In this document: positions 41,815 to 56,030 of the stretch, one piece after another | Numbering within the stretch: the first letter of the stretch is position 1 | How the letters are laid out: every line of letters starts with the position of its first letter | Assembly: GCA_951406725.2 (NCBI GenBank) | Contig: OX597827.1 | Span: forward strand, 59,644,001 to 59,708,000 | Length of the DNA: 64,000 nt | Reading direction: 5' to 3' | From: Octopus vulgaris | Lineage: Eukaryota | Made by a program: the position numbers and the translations under genes | The notes under the pieces: generated by a model | The model's database searches: none | Seen by the model: the letters and a program-made list of their open reading frames with translations, nothing else | What the model was told of the DNA's origin: nothing

Positions 41815-43244
41815 AAAAAGAGAGAGAGAGACAGACAGACAGACAGAGAAATGAGGAAGTGGCGACTACCTTCCCCTTTTCACAATCATACACACACTGT
41901 TGACACGGAATCAACCGATATTTGATACTGGTTCGTTAAAATTACCTCTAAACTCTCGCAAATAGTACGTATTTATAAACCAAACCGCATGCTTTCGAAT
42001 ACGTACACCAGCGCACGAATACACACTCATACACTTACACTTACAAACATATATATATATATATTTACAACCCCTCTATTATTTTAAAACCATTAAATAG
42101 TTTATGTTAATGGCCACGTACATATTACTTCCCTTGTCATTACTTCTCTTGCGCTTGAAAGAAATGATTGTTGGGCACAGACTATTAACGGTTCGAAAAG
42201 AAGGAAAAAAAACCCCACAAAACAACTAAACCTATCACCATCTTTGTATATATATTTTTTCCCCTGTTTTCTTTGTGGGTAGTGGGTAACTCATTAGGTT
42301 TGGTAGCTATGATGTCCGGTGTCGGTAGGGGCCGTATTTAATGTCGGAAATGTTACGTGCAGAAATTGAACCTTCAAAAAAAAAAAAAAATAGCGCTCTG
42401 TTTCTGATCCAGTAAAAAAACTGTTGGTGTAACACTACTCTTTGGAGGAGGAGGAGGAGGAGGAGGAGGAACAAAGGACCTTTCAGCTGAAGACATGGAA
42501 ACATCACAACATGACAAAGTAATATTTTGTGTATTGTAGAAGTATAACAAATTTATTGTTGATAAATTTTAAGAACAAAATCTTATGTGTGACCCCCACC
42601 AAGGTTCATATGGATCCCTAAGTGTCATATGAACCCGAAGTGTGATATGGACCCTGATTTAGAACAGCTGCATTTACGTGGTCGGTGAGCTTACTTGAAA
42701 TAGCAGTTGAATATCCATCGAATTACGGCAGTGTTTCGTATTTGAAGTTTCATACCTCTTAGGAACAGAAGAAAGGGACAAAGTTGGTGAATGGGTGGAG
42801 AGGGGATGCAAAAATATTTTTTTAAAAATTGGTTTATTTTGAAAAAGTAAAAAAAGTATTCAAAGGTGCAATTTCTGTTCAATGAAATACGGAAAAACTA
42901 AAAAATGAAAGTAGGTATGTGAGGGAACACTCACCGATTCCTTTCCCATAAGGTATCAGTGGCGGGGCTAGAATGAACGACAGCCGAGATAGCCAGTGAG
43001 TTTGTCTCCCCAACTCAGGACCCCAAGTCTTATACAGATTTATACAGTAGAATCAAAAGTAACGCTACCATAAAAGCGTCCGTCGACCGAGTCGGGCCGC
43101 TCTTCGCCATCACCATCTAGTACACTACTGTACGGTATGGGACTTTGATTCTAAAGTTCTGCCTTAATTACACACCAGTGTTTTACATTTGATACCCACC
43201 GTATGTCGAGGTAAAGGAAAATAAATGAAGACAAATATAAGGTT

Positions 43245-43570
43245 CGGAAGTGGCTATGTGGTTAAGAATCTTGCTTCACGACCATGTGGTCTTGGGTTCA
43301 GTCCTACTGCGCGGCACCATGGGTAACTGTTTTTTACTATAGCTCCGGGTGAACTAAAGCCTTGTGAGTGGATTTGGTAGACCAAAACTGAAAGAAGCCC
43401 GTTGTGGAGGTGGGAGGGGGGCGTGTGTGTGTCTGTTAGTTTGTTTGCATCTCCGAACTTAGTGGTTCGACAAAACAAACCGGTAGAATAAGTACCGAGC
43501 TTTTTTAAAGAATAAGACCTGGAGTCGATTTGTTCGACTATAATCCTTCAGAACGATGCTCCAGCATGAC
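43245..43570 (+). mobile_element. SINE family B, diverged
   Basis: agtggctatgtggttaag...gggttcagtcctactgcg...aagccttgtgagtggatttggtag. Confidence 0.85.
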
Positions 43571-44294
43571 CCGCGTGCGTGTTTGCGCATGACCCGCGTA
43601 TCTGTATCGAAGGTACGTGCAATGTGCTTTTGGTCCATATGAGAGAGAGAGAACGTGTTTGGAGAATTGGTAAAGTTAGCAGTGTTTGTGTGAGATACAT
43701 CTTTAATAAATTTCTATTAACTATAACCAAAACTCTATTTTGAACTAACACACAAGATACCTTACTAAATTGTAGTAACTTTACATACAGCATAAACCGT
43801 TCTTGAGATTTAAGGGATTTTTATTAACCATGTTTATAAATCTTCTATATCGCAACTCACTTAAACAACATCTCGATGTTTATACAGTATTTTCTTTAGA
43901 TTCGGCAGTAAACCCTTATCTCTCCTCATCTCACCTTATCTAACTTTTCCATCCCGAATGTCCGTCACATGACTCTCAGGTGACATTATAAACATTTACC
44001 CATAATCACTAGATAGACACGCTAGATAAACAGCCAAGGGTTGCGCCCCTGCTTACCCTACACCAATGATGGCATTTACCTTAAAGCGTTCTGTTTATTC
44101 GATGTTTACTGCGTTGGTGTTTCTGGTGATTTGTCGCAGTGGAAGTGGGTTTGTATATATACTTTATATGTATGTGTTTGTGTGTGTGTTTATGTGTGAC
44201 TGTGTGTGTGTGTATATACACACACATATATATATACAGATATGCATACTTGCATATAGATAAACATGCAGACACAAACGAACACACACACACG

Positions 44295-44349
<55 letters not shown>

Positions 44350-44494
44350 ATATGTTGTTGACGTCATAATAATTTTGTGAAGGTGAAATAATTCTTTCTT
44401 GGAAAAGTGAATCTCGAAACACCTGAAGCTATAGATTATATTATGTAAATATTAAGTTAGAAAACACATACATACACATACATATATACACATA

Positions 44495-44562
<68 letters not shown>

Positions 44563-44659
44563 CATACAAAAATATACATGCATATATATACATATATACA
44601 TGCATACATAATTGTGTATATAAAAAAAAATTAAACGTCCGAACACTTTAAGGTCACTA

Positions 44660-45900
44660 CAATTCATGAAACGGATTAAAAACGTTTTTCATGATAATCT
44701 GGAAAAATCAATGAGAGCCATCACTGAAGAACTTCTAGTGTACAGAGACATTTGATATATGTCGTACGCACCGAGAAGCCAAGACACGGGCAAAGACACA
44801 AGGAAACCGTTAGATCCGTGTCAAGTGGTTACTTAAGAAAGTTGAACCATCACCTCACGAACATGGCATACTTCGGTTTTCCTCTGATGAAAAGAAAAAG
44901 ATGCCTTCGACCATAACCGAGAACCTAACAGGACGAATGATAGATGTGCCCAGAGTGATGCACACGATATTTACAACAGTAACGGTTTTAGGAGTGGTAA
45001 GTAACAGAGGTCAAATCATGCCACCTCACGTCTTTACGTAGTCTTAAAATTAATGCTGTTGCATACGATGTCGTACTGGAGAAAGTTGTTAAGCACAGGA
45101 TGGACAAAGTACACAGTGGAACGCTATATATGGATATTTTCGGTTTGAACTGCCATTTTTTCTAGCGGTGTCATATGAAATTGTCACCCATAATTATGAC
45201 CCTAGAATCGATCTATTGTATTTCAATCTATTTTAGATTTAGGGTTAGTTAGGGTTAGGGTCAGGGTTAGGGGTGGGGGAAGGGTATCTTTTTTTCTTCA
45301 CAAATGTAAATAAACCCAATGTGTTTCTTAAACGAGGGACATATTCATACGGCACAGAATGCTTTTTAACTCAATAGACGCCAGTGATTGGTTAAAATTG
45401 CCGAAATGAAAGAAATTAAAGACGAAATATGTTACAAACTACAGAATTTTCTCAAGAAAGCCAAAAGAAAATTGGGTTTTATAAACACATTCTACCAGTA
45501 TACGAAGTTTAAAATTTTTTAGTTACCTAGAAATTATGTTAAAAACTGCCGTTCAAACCGAAAAGATCCCTACATATGTTTCAACAACATTCAATGCCTT
45601 CTCACAAAGCCCACGTAACCCAAGAATGCATATCGGACAATATTTACGATCATGAAACACCAGACATATAGCTTCAAAACGCGTCCAATTTAAAATCCTA
45701 TGGACAACTAGGTTTGGAAAGTTGTTGGATGGAGACGAAAGGACAACCTCACAATAACACAGCTTCAATGAAGGCTGCCATGAAGGTGATATCGTTCGAA
45801 ATTAATAAAGTCTGTTTTAGTGCAGGTATGTCAAAGACTCTAGCCCCGCATCGAAGCAGGCATTGAAACTGAAGATGATTTACAAAACACTCATAAAATA
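44660..45900 (+). pseudogene. Highly decayed DD37D (maT-like) Tc1/mariner transposase, interrupted by a MITE
   Basis: Remnants FSSDEKK...VPRVMHT...VLGVVSNRGQIMPPHVF...LKINA..Y..VLEKVVK, then after the insertion YVFQQ(H)SMPSHKAHVTQE...L(N)PMD. The spacing is compatible with D37D. Confidence 0.7.
45131..45570. mobile_element. 440-bp MITE with ~30-bp TIRs and internal TTAGGG repeats
   Basis: tggatattttcggtttgaactgccattttt versus aaaaactgccgttcaaaccgaaaagatccc, TA on both sides. The transposase frame resumes across it. Confidence 0.85.
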
Positions 45901-46309
45901 AAAGCTTATCGAGAGCGTGTGTACAAATTTTTATTAAATGTATATTTTGTTTTTGCGAGGTTAGAATCGTTTTGTCAAATTAGCAAACACGTCCTCAAAT
46001 ACCTCACACTCTTTATATGCATATATGAACATATAGATATGCACACACACGCGCGCATACACACACGCACACGCGCGCGCACATACACACACATACAAAT
46101 ATATACATGAATATATATGTGTATAGATATATATACATACATACATATATATTTCTTTACTACCCACAAGGGGCTAAACATAGAGGAGACAAACAAGTAC
46201 AGACAAAGGGATTAAGTCGATTACATCGACCTCAGTGGGTAACTCTTACTTAATTTATCGACCCCGAAAGGATGAAAGGCAAAATACATACATACATATA
46301 TATATATAC

Positions 46310-46359
<50 letters not shown>

Positions 46360-46366
<7 letters not shown>

Positions 46367-46789
46367 GGTTGTATACTGTCAATCTAACAAGAACGTGACA
46401 TAGGGGGTACACCACCGTTATATAGCCCTAGGAGGCATCGAACGCCTCCTGACAGCTTCGACACATTTTATCCTGTGTCCTTATATACACATACGAAGGG
46501 GAGACAAACACCCCCAACTGCCGGAACTGCATCTAGGGACACCGTGTTTCAGGATCATTGTCCTTCATCGGCCTAGAGTAGCAGACACCGGTCAGCTCGC
46601 GATGTCTGTCTCGACTTCGCATCTGTATATATCTATAGTCAGTGAAGTCTATTCACTGATTATCAAAATAAGAAATATTGAGTTTCCCCCTACTGTCACG
46701 TTCTTGTTAGATTGACAGTATACAACCATTATATCGCTCCACCACCGTACACCTCTCTACGAGAGATTTAGAAACTCAATATTTCTTAT
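46360..46789 (-). mobile_element. (TA)n-inserted Penelope/retrozyme-like element with nested inverted termini
   Basis: Inverted repeats 46360-46407/46686-46734 and 46668-46686/46771-46789, with a hammerhead inside. Confidence 0.75.
46516..46597 (-). ncRNA. Type-I hammerhead ribozyme with extended helix I, Slit-sense
   Basis: TCTAGG CCGATGA AGGA-CAATGA-TCCT GAAAC ACGGT GTC CCTAGA. Helix I continues through internal loops via CTGC/GCAG, CCGG/CCGG and AGCTG/CAGTT. Confidence 0.85.
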
Positions 46790-47258
46790 ATATATATATA
46801 TATATATCATATACAAACAGGCATAAATATATACATACAAATATACATACATACACACATACATAGATACGACATACATACATACATGCATACATACATA
46901 CATACATACATACATACATACATACATGAACCTGCGTTCTGTCATAGTCCCTAATTAATTTTTTAATTCCTTATGGAGGGCACTTAATGTTTCCAGATGA
47001 ACTGAGACGTGTAATGTGAAGGACATATGTATCTACTATTTACACACACACACACAAGCGCGCATTCACACACACATATACACACATTCGAACGTATATA
47101 TGCATACATATGTATATATATGTGTGTGTGTAGGGAAAATACATGTGCGTGTATCATATAAACCATACATATATGCGTGTATGTACGTACTTCCCTCTCT
47201 ATGTATAAAAATTATATATATTTCTATGTATGCATATATGTATACATACATACATGCG

Positions 47259-47304
<46 letters not shown>

Positions 47305-48122
47305 GATATCTATGTATATATACATATGTATATATATATATATGTTTGTGTGCTTGTGTGTGTAGGTACATATGTTCCTGAAGGTGTGATTGCGCGCGTG
47401 CGTACACCTGCTGGTACACACATGTGTATTTCTAGTCTTATTAGTCTTATAAGCCCCAAGAGGTCTATCACGTGTGTACCACGTGACACACATTGTTTCC
47501 TACGAGCACCGGAACAATAGTGAGCATATAAATGAAAGGCGATGGCAAGATGATGGTAATTTAAGGGCGTACACACATGCACAAACACAATAACTTACAA
47601 ACACTCAGATATGCACATACAGCGACAAACGCGCATACACATACACACACAAACACACACACTCACACACACACATACACACATTACGCCGCACACAAGT
47701 ACCTTCACTGATGAACACATTTACGCTTACTAAAGGTGTGCATGCATTTTCACGCATTCGTATATGAAATACAGAGATGCACAGACATTTTTCTCAATTT
47801 ATCCGCACACACACACACACACACACACACCACACACGCGCGCGCAGATACACCACACACACGCGCGCGCGCACACACACACACACGTGCTATACACACG
47901 CACACACAAATCACATACACAGACACACAAATCACACGCACATGAATCATGCACACACCTATACACACATACATGCATGTACACATCCCCTCAAATACAT
48001 ACATATACGTACGTATGTATTTGAGGCGGTGGCCCAGCGTGTCTGCAGTCAAATGACTGAAACAAGCGAAAGATAAAAAGATACATTTTCGAACAACCAA
48101 ACAAGGAAACGAAACAACCTCC

Positions 48123-48169
<47 letters not shown>

Positions 48170-48727
48170 TCATATACAATTTACCCTAATTAGTTATGGT
48201 GATGGTGGTTGCCGTGGTATATTGGAAATCGCTTATGTTGTTTTACATATTATTCATTGTATATGAAAGCATAAAAAAAGCGTATGAACATCTTAGAGTC
48301 ACAACAAATTCAACAGCGCAACCTCAGAACTCTCCCCACCTCCTATTTTAGCGTGCAGACTTATCACTCTTACGTATTCGCATTGCTCCGAATTAAACGT
48401 GCTTTATCTTGTAGCTTCGAGCTTTCTATGATGCGTTTGTTTAATTCCCAGAATGACTTTGCAGGGTAGGTGTAAGAGACCAAATCTGGTCGGTTTGAAC
48501 ATAAAAACAAGTGGAATATTTGAGCCAGATAGATCCGGTTTAAATGCTAATGAGTAATGATCTAGGAATGCATTGCAGAACATTATAAAGATAACGTAGC
48601 CATATCAGAAAACATTAATGTATTTATCATGAAGCAGCAACATAAGCACATGCTTAGGGCATCAAGGAAGCGGCGGTGCAGTGGGGGAAAAACAAAAGAA
48701 ATCACACTAAACTTGCTAAAATAATAC

Positions 48728-48940
48728 TGGTTTCAAATTTTGGCACCAGGCCATCAAGTTCGGGGAAGGGGGCTAGTCGATCATATCGACCTCAGTATTC
48801 AACTGGTACTTATTTTATCGATCCCGAAAGGATGAAAGGCTTAGATGATCCTTGCGGCATTTGAACTCAGAACGCAAAGTCGGAAGAAATTCTACTAAGC
48901 AGTTTTTTCCCAGTGCGCAGCGATTCTGCCATCCCGTCGC
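48728..48940 (-). mobile_element. SINE family A
   Basis: ggtttcaaattttggcac...ctggtacttattttatcgatcccgaaaggatgaaaggc...gattctgcca. Confidence 0.85.
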
Positions 48941-49170
48941 ATTACTCGCTAAAATAATGTTCGAATTGGTTTATATGATCGGAAATATAATTTCGAAGTG
49001 TTCAGGGTGATACAGTGAGGATCCAATCAAAGACTTTGCTATTAAATAAAACAGAAAAAGTAGGAGAAAACGTGGAAGTATACAGAAATGAACACTGTGT
49101 TCCATCTTCCTGTTAGTTTTCTTTCGATTTGAAAAAAATTAATTTACTTTCTAGCTTATATTTTGAATTA

Positions 49171-49432
49171 CCGTATTTTAACGTGTATAAAGAACCCTCG
49201 TGTATAAGGAAAACCCTAATTTTGGAAAAAAGGATTTGTAAGGGATTAGTTAAATTTTGATAGGTGCAACCGCACTTATCGGGTAATGCGTTTCATTTTT
49301 GTGTGGGGAGAGAAAGAGAGCGAGAGAGATGGGAGACTATGGATATAGTAAGGAAGAAAGTCCCTTCAATGAAGGAGAGGGGTGACATAAATGAAATTAG
49401 AAATATCTTAAATGATACTAATGAGATGCTTT

Positions 49433-49474
<42 letters not shown>

Positions 49475-49821
49475 CTCTTTCTTTCTCTCTCTCTCTCTCT
49501 CTCTTGCTCTTTCTTTCTCTCTCTCTCTCTCACACACACAAACAAACAAATGCATAATACTATGGAAGAGAAAACAAATGCTTTTTTTCTTAAACACACA
49601 CGATATGGTATGTAAATCAAGGATGTCTTTAAAAGATACAATATTTTCCCATTAGAATATACTTTTTGCGATGTTGTAAGTCATGGAGATTTGAGGTTCG
49701 AGGAATTAAGTAATTTATTAATATCTATAATACTATCCATATATAATAATAAAAAAAACTCCCGTATGTTTTTAACCTAATTTTTGACATAAAATGGTTC
49801 CTTGTATACGTTATAATACGG
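49171..49821. mobile_element. Non-autonomous Tc1/mariner-superfamily (pogo-like) element, ~650 bp
   Basis: TA|CCGTATTTTAACGTGTATAAAGAACC ... GGTTCCTTGTATACGTTATAATACGG|TA, a 22/26 TIR match. Confidence 0.75.
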
Positions 49822-50419
49822 TACATGTATAGGGAGGCACTATAATTTTTTTAAGTGCTTAAGGCTCTATGGGTATTAATCCGGCCCTGCATGTAAATCA
49901 GCAGTATAGCAGAACGTAATGGAGGATATATATATATAGTGAAAACATCCTATATTATTACATTTATAAAACATGCAAAAAAAACAAAACAAGTTTATGA
50001 GAGGCCATGCTTGGCATACAGGTTCTCCAGAGATTTTTGAAGACATTGTTTTGGTGAAATAGTGCGTCTTATATGCTGTCAAATACAAATGCTACAGGTC
50101 TGCAACACTCGAACAGACCCATAATAAAAACTCATTTCACCCATGACTGTCTCGTTTATATCCTGATATTGCATCTAGCCATCCAGAGTATAATATGTTG
50201 GAGTTTTTGTCGATCAAGTTTGGCCATGTATCTGCAGGCCAGGGCCAGAGGGTTCTTTTTTTTTTTTAGTTAGTCACGTATGTAATTCTCCCTTCTACAT
50301 ACCACTGATGTTTGTCAACAGTAAAGACCGCCGACTGGAGCCATCTTGGGCGAAATAATTACAAGCAAAATTGATGACCATGATGGAATTTGAACTCGAA
50401 GCAAACATCGTAAGGCATT

Positions 50420-50481
50420 GTCATCGGGACGTAAACATACCAACACTGGTTGTCAAGTACCGGTGGGGGACAAACTGAAAC

Positions 50482-50519
<38 letters not shown>

Positions 50520-50679
50520 GAGACCGATAGAATAAGTACCAGACTTAAAAGAAAAGTATTGGGGTCGAATCATTTGACTAAAATTCCTCAATGCAATACT
50601 CCAATATGGCCGTAGTCTAATGATTGAAACAAGTTAAAGATAAAATACTTCCATACGTACATGCATGCAGAAATATACA

Positions 50680-50710
<31 letters not shown>

Positions 50711-50870
50711 GGTGGTCTTCCACACAGTTTTTCTCTACCAAATTGACTCAAATGTATTGGTAAGCGCGAGGACTTCAATAGAAGACACACGCCGAAGGAG
50801 CCGCACAGTAGGACCGAACCCGAAACCAACGTAGTTACAAAGCGAGCTTCTTAACCCCATAGCCACGCCA
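50420..50870. mobile_element. SINE family B fragments (3' half on +, 5' half on -)
   Basis: gaccgatagaataagtacc...ggggtcga on the plus strand; ctaccaaattgactca...gaagacac...gaacccgaaacc is the reverse-complement head. Confidence 0.7.
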
Positions 50871-51323
50871 GATGCTGTTGTTTGTCTGATAGGTTCGTAG
50901 GTAGATGGGTAAGTAGACGGGCTGGTGTTCAAGCTGCAGGGTGGTCGAGTATTAGGAAGCGAATATACAAGCCATTTGTGTTCAACATGTGTACAATATG
51001 TTAAGTACGTGCACACCACATGTACCGAATATTAATACAAAGTACACACATCCCTATAAATTTTCTTTAAGCCAACAGATACCAGCCCCTACTTACGTCT
51101 GCATCTGCCTACCATGCCACCAAACTACGTAACCTTCCCATCTACTTCCACAAAAAAAACCCACTTCCATACCAACCTACCTACCTACGTTTCTAATCCA
51201 CCCGTTTCCATCCGTGCATTCGTACTTCTGTTCGTTTCTCACTCCACTCCTCCATTCTCTCTTTTCTTTTACATATCAACATCTTTACTAAGCTACCTAC
51301 ATACATACCTATCTTTCTTTCTG

Positions 51324-51358
<35 letters not shown>

Positions 51359-51572
51359 GTCTATCTATTTTTTTCCCCAAAAAGAAAAGCTCCACTTTGT
51401 AATTTGTCCCCTCTGTGTTCAGCTCTGTGTGGCTAATAAAGAAACATATCTATCTATCTCTCTATCTATTTACCTGGGTGTCTGTTTATCTATCTATCTC
51501 TGTCTGTCTGTCTGTCTATCTCTGTCTGTCTATCTGTCTATCTCTGTCTGTCTATCTGTCTATCTCTGTCTG

Positions 51573-51617
<45 letters not shown>

Positions 51618-51668
51618 ATATATATATATATATATATAACAACTGTCAATCTCTATCCTCTCTCTCAC

Positions 51669-51771
<103 letters not shown>

Positions 51772-54624
51772 ATATCTATCTGTCTGTCTACCTGTCTATC
51801 TATCTGTCTACCTGTCTATCTATCTATCTGTCTACCTGTCTATCTATCAATCTATCTATCTATCTATCTATCTTTCTATCTATTTATCTACATATCAATT
51901 CATTTATCTAGTCATCCCATCTATCTGCCTAACAACCAGTCTTCCATCGATATGCGCCTATACGCTTGCTCAACCTACAAAGAACAGCTACATCTTCCAG
52001 GAATCACACCCCACTCCCTCAGCCCATGGTCTTAGAAAAACAAAGAACATACATTGGATAATGTAGTCCTGGGTGGGTTTCCTTCACATAAATATAAATT
52101 GACAAGAGGGTCACGGTTGGAATCCCTTTGATCGCAGGTCCTGGGTCTAAACAATAACAACAACAATCTCTCCCTCTCTTTCAGTCTATCCCCACCACAA
52201 CACACCTCCCTCCATACCTACCTACCAACCTACCTACATACTTACCTACCTACATACCCAGCTACCTACCCACCTACCTACCCAGTTCCTTGCATTCCTA
52301 CAATGTGTCGTTCATAGTTGTTATAAGCTTTACCACCCGCCACCTCGAACTAGAAAATGATGAATTGCAGGAGTAGCACCATTAACAGCAGTGGCAACAA
52401 GAACAACAACAACAAGAACAGCCGCAGCAGCAGCAGCAGTAGCAGCAACGGCGGCAGCAAAAGAAGCAGCAATAGAAATAATAATATACACACCACCACC
52501 ACCACCACCACCACCACAGCTGCTGCCATTCCTACCACCAACGCCGCAACCTCTACCACCAGCACCACCAGCACCACCTCCACCATCACCATGACTACGA
52601 CCGCCACCACATCCACTACAACTACAACCACCTCCACCGTTCCCCACCACCACCACTACCACCACCACCACTGCCGCCGCCACTCCACAACCACCACCAC
52701 CATGACTACAACCGCCACCACATCCACTACAACTACAACTACTTCCACCGTTCCTCACCACCATCACCACCATCACCACCACCACCATAGCTGCCACCAC
52801 CGAATACATACATAGAACAAAACATACAAATCTGCACATGCACAGACACCAAATACTGCAATATATACACAAAAATACACTGCTGTTGTTGAATTTGCAA
52901 TGGAGACTTGGATCTAGGTTAGAAACCGGCTCTTTCTATATTGGCAAGAAATCATGAAATAGAACTAAATAATGACGTGAAGATTATCATCATCAACGTA
53001 CCACTATTCCATGCGTCAGACAGAATATGTCGAGGCATGATGTCCACAGTTGGATGCCCTATTTGAAGCCAACCTTCACCTGTTTTTTTCTCTCCTGGCT
53101 TTGGTCGGGCTTAGACTGTTGATAGAAAGACGCATGCCCAAGATGCTGCGCAGTGAGACTGAACCCAGTACGACACGGCTGGGAAGCAAGCTACATATGT
53201 ATGTGTATAAGTCTGTCTATATGTATGTATGTCTATCTGTCTGTCTCCTGTATGTATGTATGTATGTATGTATGTATGTATGTATGTATGTATGTATGTA
53301 TGTATGTATGTATGTATGTATGTTTGAAACAGTATGAATTATCAAAATTCCTACAAAGTCTGGCGGGCATATTTCATAAAATCTATTTATGTAAAATTAT
53401 GTAAAATTAATTATACAACATCATAGAGAAATAAAAGACGATAATTTTCATTATATTTATCTTTAATTACATTCTGTTATTATTCTTTCAAATAACATAT
53501 CCGATATGTTTATATCAGAAAAAAGAAACAAAAACATTTGTTTTCAATTCAAATTTTCTCATCGCCGTACAATCCCAGCCTTTTTTCCTCTTTTTATTTT
53601 GTTCGTCTTGTTATATAAACAACACTGCGGATTGTTCTGTCGGAGCAGAAGGCCAATGTCGATGAGTTGCTTGAATCCATTCCAGTATATTTACAGGTTT
53701 CAGTTTCCACTGACATTGAGACAATGAAAAGCAACGTTAACCCCGATATGAATTAGAACCGTAGTCTAGACCAAGTTTTCGCAACCTACTTTCTCTTTGC
53801 AAAACATTTAAATACATTTTATGTTTGAGGTGACTGTTTAGGAAAATGCGATGGCACTGGATGGGTGCTTCACAATTCCATACATAGTTCATGGAAGGAA
53901 AAGGCGAGGACAAGATCTCTCCGAACAAATAACAATAATAATTTATTTCGCCTGAATAAGCATTTCATGTCTGGACATCGGTAGCCTGGACGCCTTGGTG
54001 TGGAAACAGCGGGGTTGGTAGTTAGACACAAAAATACAAAGGCATTTCCACAGACTCGCAACGTCGCTCGCCGTCAGAATTCCATCTCCATGGAGCTGGT
54101 CTAAGTTGCGTACTATCTGGTCAGAAGCCGGGGCCGAAGAGGATGAATGGGTGGTCAAATCTAGCTGCTGCTGATCATTGCGCATGCGCATAAGGGGCTT
54201 CCGTCAGATCTCCGGCAAGCTCTAATTCTATGTGCATGCGTGGATGAATGTTCCACAATGGCGTCTAGAACCAGGCGTCACTACAACTGCATAAAAAATT
54301 ATCATATATCTTCAGTAATCTTTATGTTTCTTTTTCATAAACCTAAATTTCATAAGGTATCAAACAAATCATAAAACTACCTTTCAGAAGGTTTGGAAGT
54401 GCTAAATCCATTAGACGTCACGAAGAGGGTTGCGGGAATTCCGTTTGTGCAAGACCATATCCTTTTATAAATTCCCTACAAAGCAGTAATTTTTCTCAGT
54501 AGGGAGTTTTCTATACTATTATTTTAAAAAAATATCTTTTACATGTTTCAGTTTGCGGTCATTCTGGAGAATGTCGATCGATCGAATCGACCACAGTACT
54601 TGATTTTTTGTTTGTTTTTAAACC

Positions 54625-55032
54625 TACTCTTTACTCTTTACTTGTTTCAGTCATTTGACTGTAGCCATGCTGGAGCACCGCCTTTAGTCGAGCAAATCGA
54701 CCCCAGGACTTATTCTTTGTAAGCCTAGTACTTATTCTATCGGTCTCTTTTGCCGAACCGCTAAGTTACGTAGACGTAAACACACCAGCATCGGTTGTCA
54801 AGCGATGTTGGGGGAACAAACACAGACACACAAACATATACACACACATATATATATATACATATATGCGACGGGTTTCTTTTAGCTTCCGTCTACCAAA
54901 TCCACTCACAAGGCTTTGGTCGACCTGAGGCTATTGTAGAAGACACTTGCCCAAGGTGCCACGCAGTGGGACTGAACCCGGAACCATGTGGTTGGTAAAC
55001 AAGCTGCTTACCACACAGCCACTCCTACGCCT
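54625..55032 (-). mobile_element. SINE family B, full length
   Basis: Reverse complement of 20568-20975. Confidence 0.92.
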
Positions 55033-55171
55033 ATACTAATTCTATCAATTTATTTTGCCGAAACGCTAAGTTACGTAAACACGCCAACATCTGTTGTCAA
55101 GCGGCGGTGGTGGTGGTGGGAGGGACAAACACAGAAGCAAACACAGACACATACCCACGTATACATATATG

Positions 55172-55209
<38 letters not shown>

Positions 55210-55455
55210 TGTAAAGGTAAGATCCAAGAATGAAGATATAAGTTAGTGAGCTTCAAGAAATCCGTAGATTCCATCGAATCCCCTGTGAGTTAGCACGGGA
55301 TCTAACGTCAATGTAAACTTCATATAGTGGAGGCATCTTTGGCTTGAAGAGTAGCTTGTAACCTACTCCTCGTTTGGATAATTTACTACTTCCGAGGTTC
55401 CGCTAAGCTATGAAACATATGTAGCTTGGATTTTATTTACTTCATTCACTAATTT

Positions 55456-55517
<62 letters not shown>

Positions 55518-55639
55518 CTATATACGACGAGCTTCTGTTTTTAATTATTTAAATTCTTCCTCTGAAGAAGGAGTTGGTTTCTAACAAAGACACAAAGCTC
55601 CATCTTCGGAAAGTAGATAACGACATCAACGTCGCATCT

Positions 55640-56030
55640 GTTTCACTCATTAGGTTGCGGCCATGCTGGGGCGCCGTCTTCGAGAATTTTAACCGAACGA
55701 ATCGTTACCGGTATTTATTTTTTTTCATACATGGTATTTATTCTATTGCTACCCTTTTGACAAACTGCTAAGTTGTGGGAACGTAATCATACCAACAACT
55801 GCTACCAAGCATTGTTGTGGGACAAACACAGACAATGAAGCACAGACACACACACACACACACACAAATACACACAAGTAACTACTTTCAGTTTCTGTAT
55901 ATCAAATTCACCCATAAGGTTTTGGCCGGTGTGAGGCCATGGTAGAAGATACTTGCTCAACGTGCCACGCACTGGAACTGAATCCAGAACCATGACGCTG
56001 AGAAGCAAACTTCTTACCTCATAGCTACTC
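55640..56030 (-). mobile_element. SINE family B, old diverged copy
   Basis: tgtttcactcatt..gcggccatgctgggg...gtgccacgcactggaactgaatcc. Confidence 0.75.
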
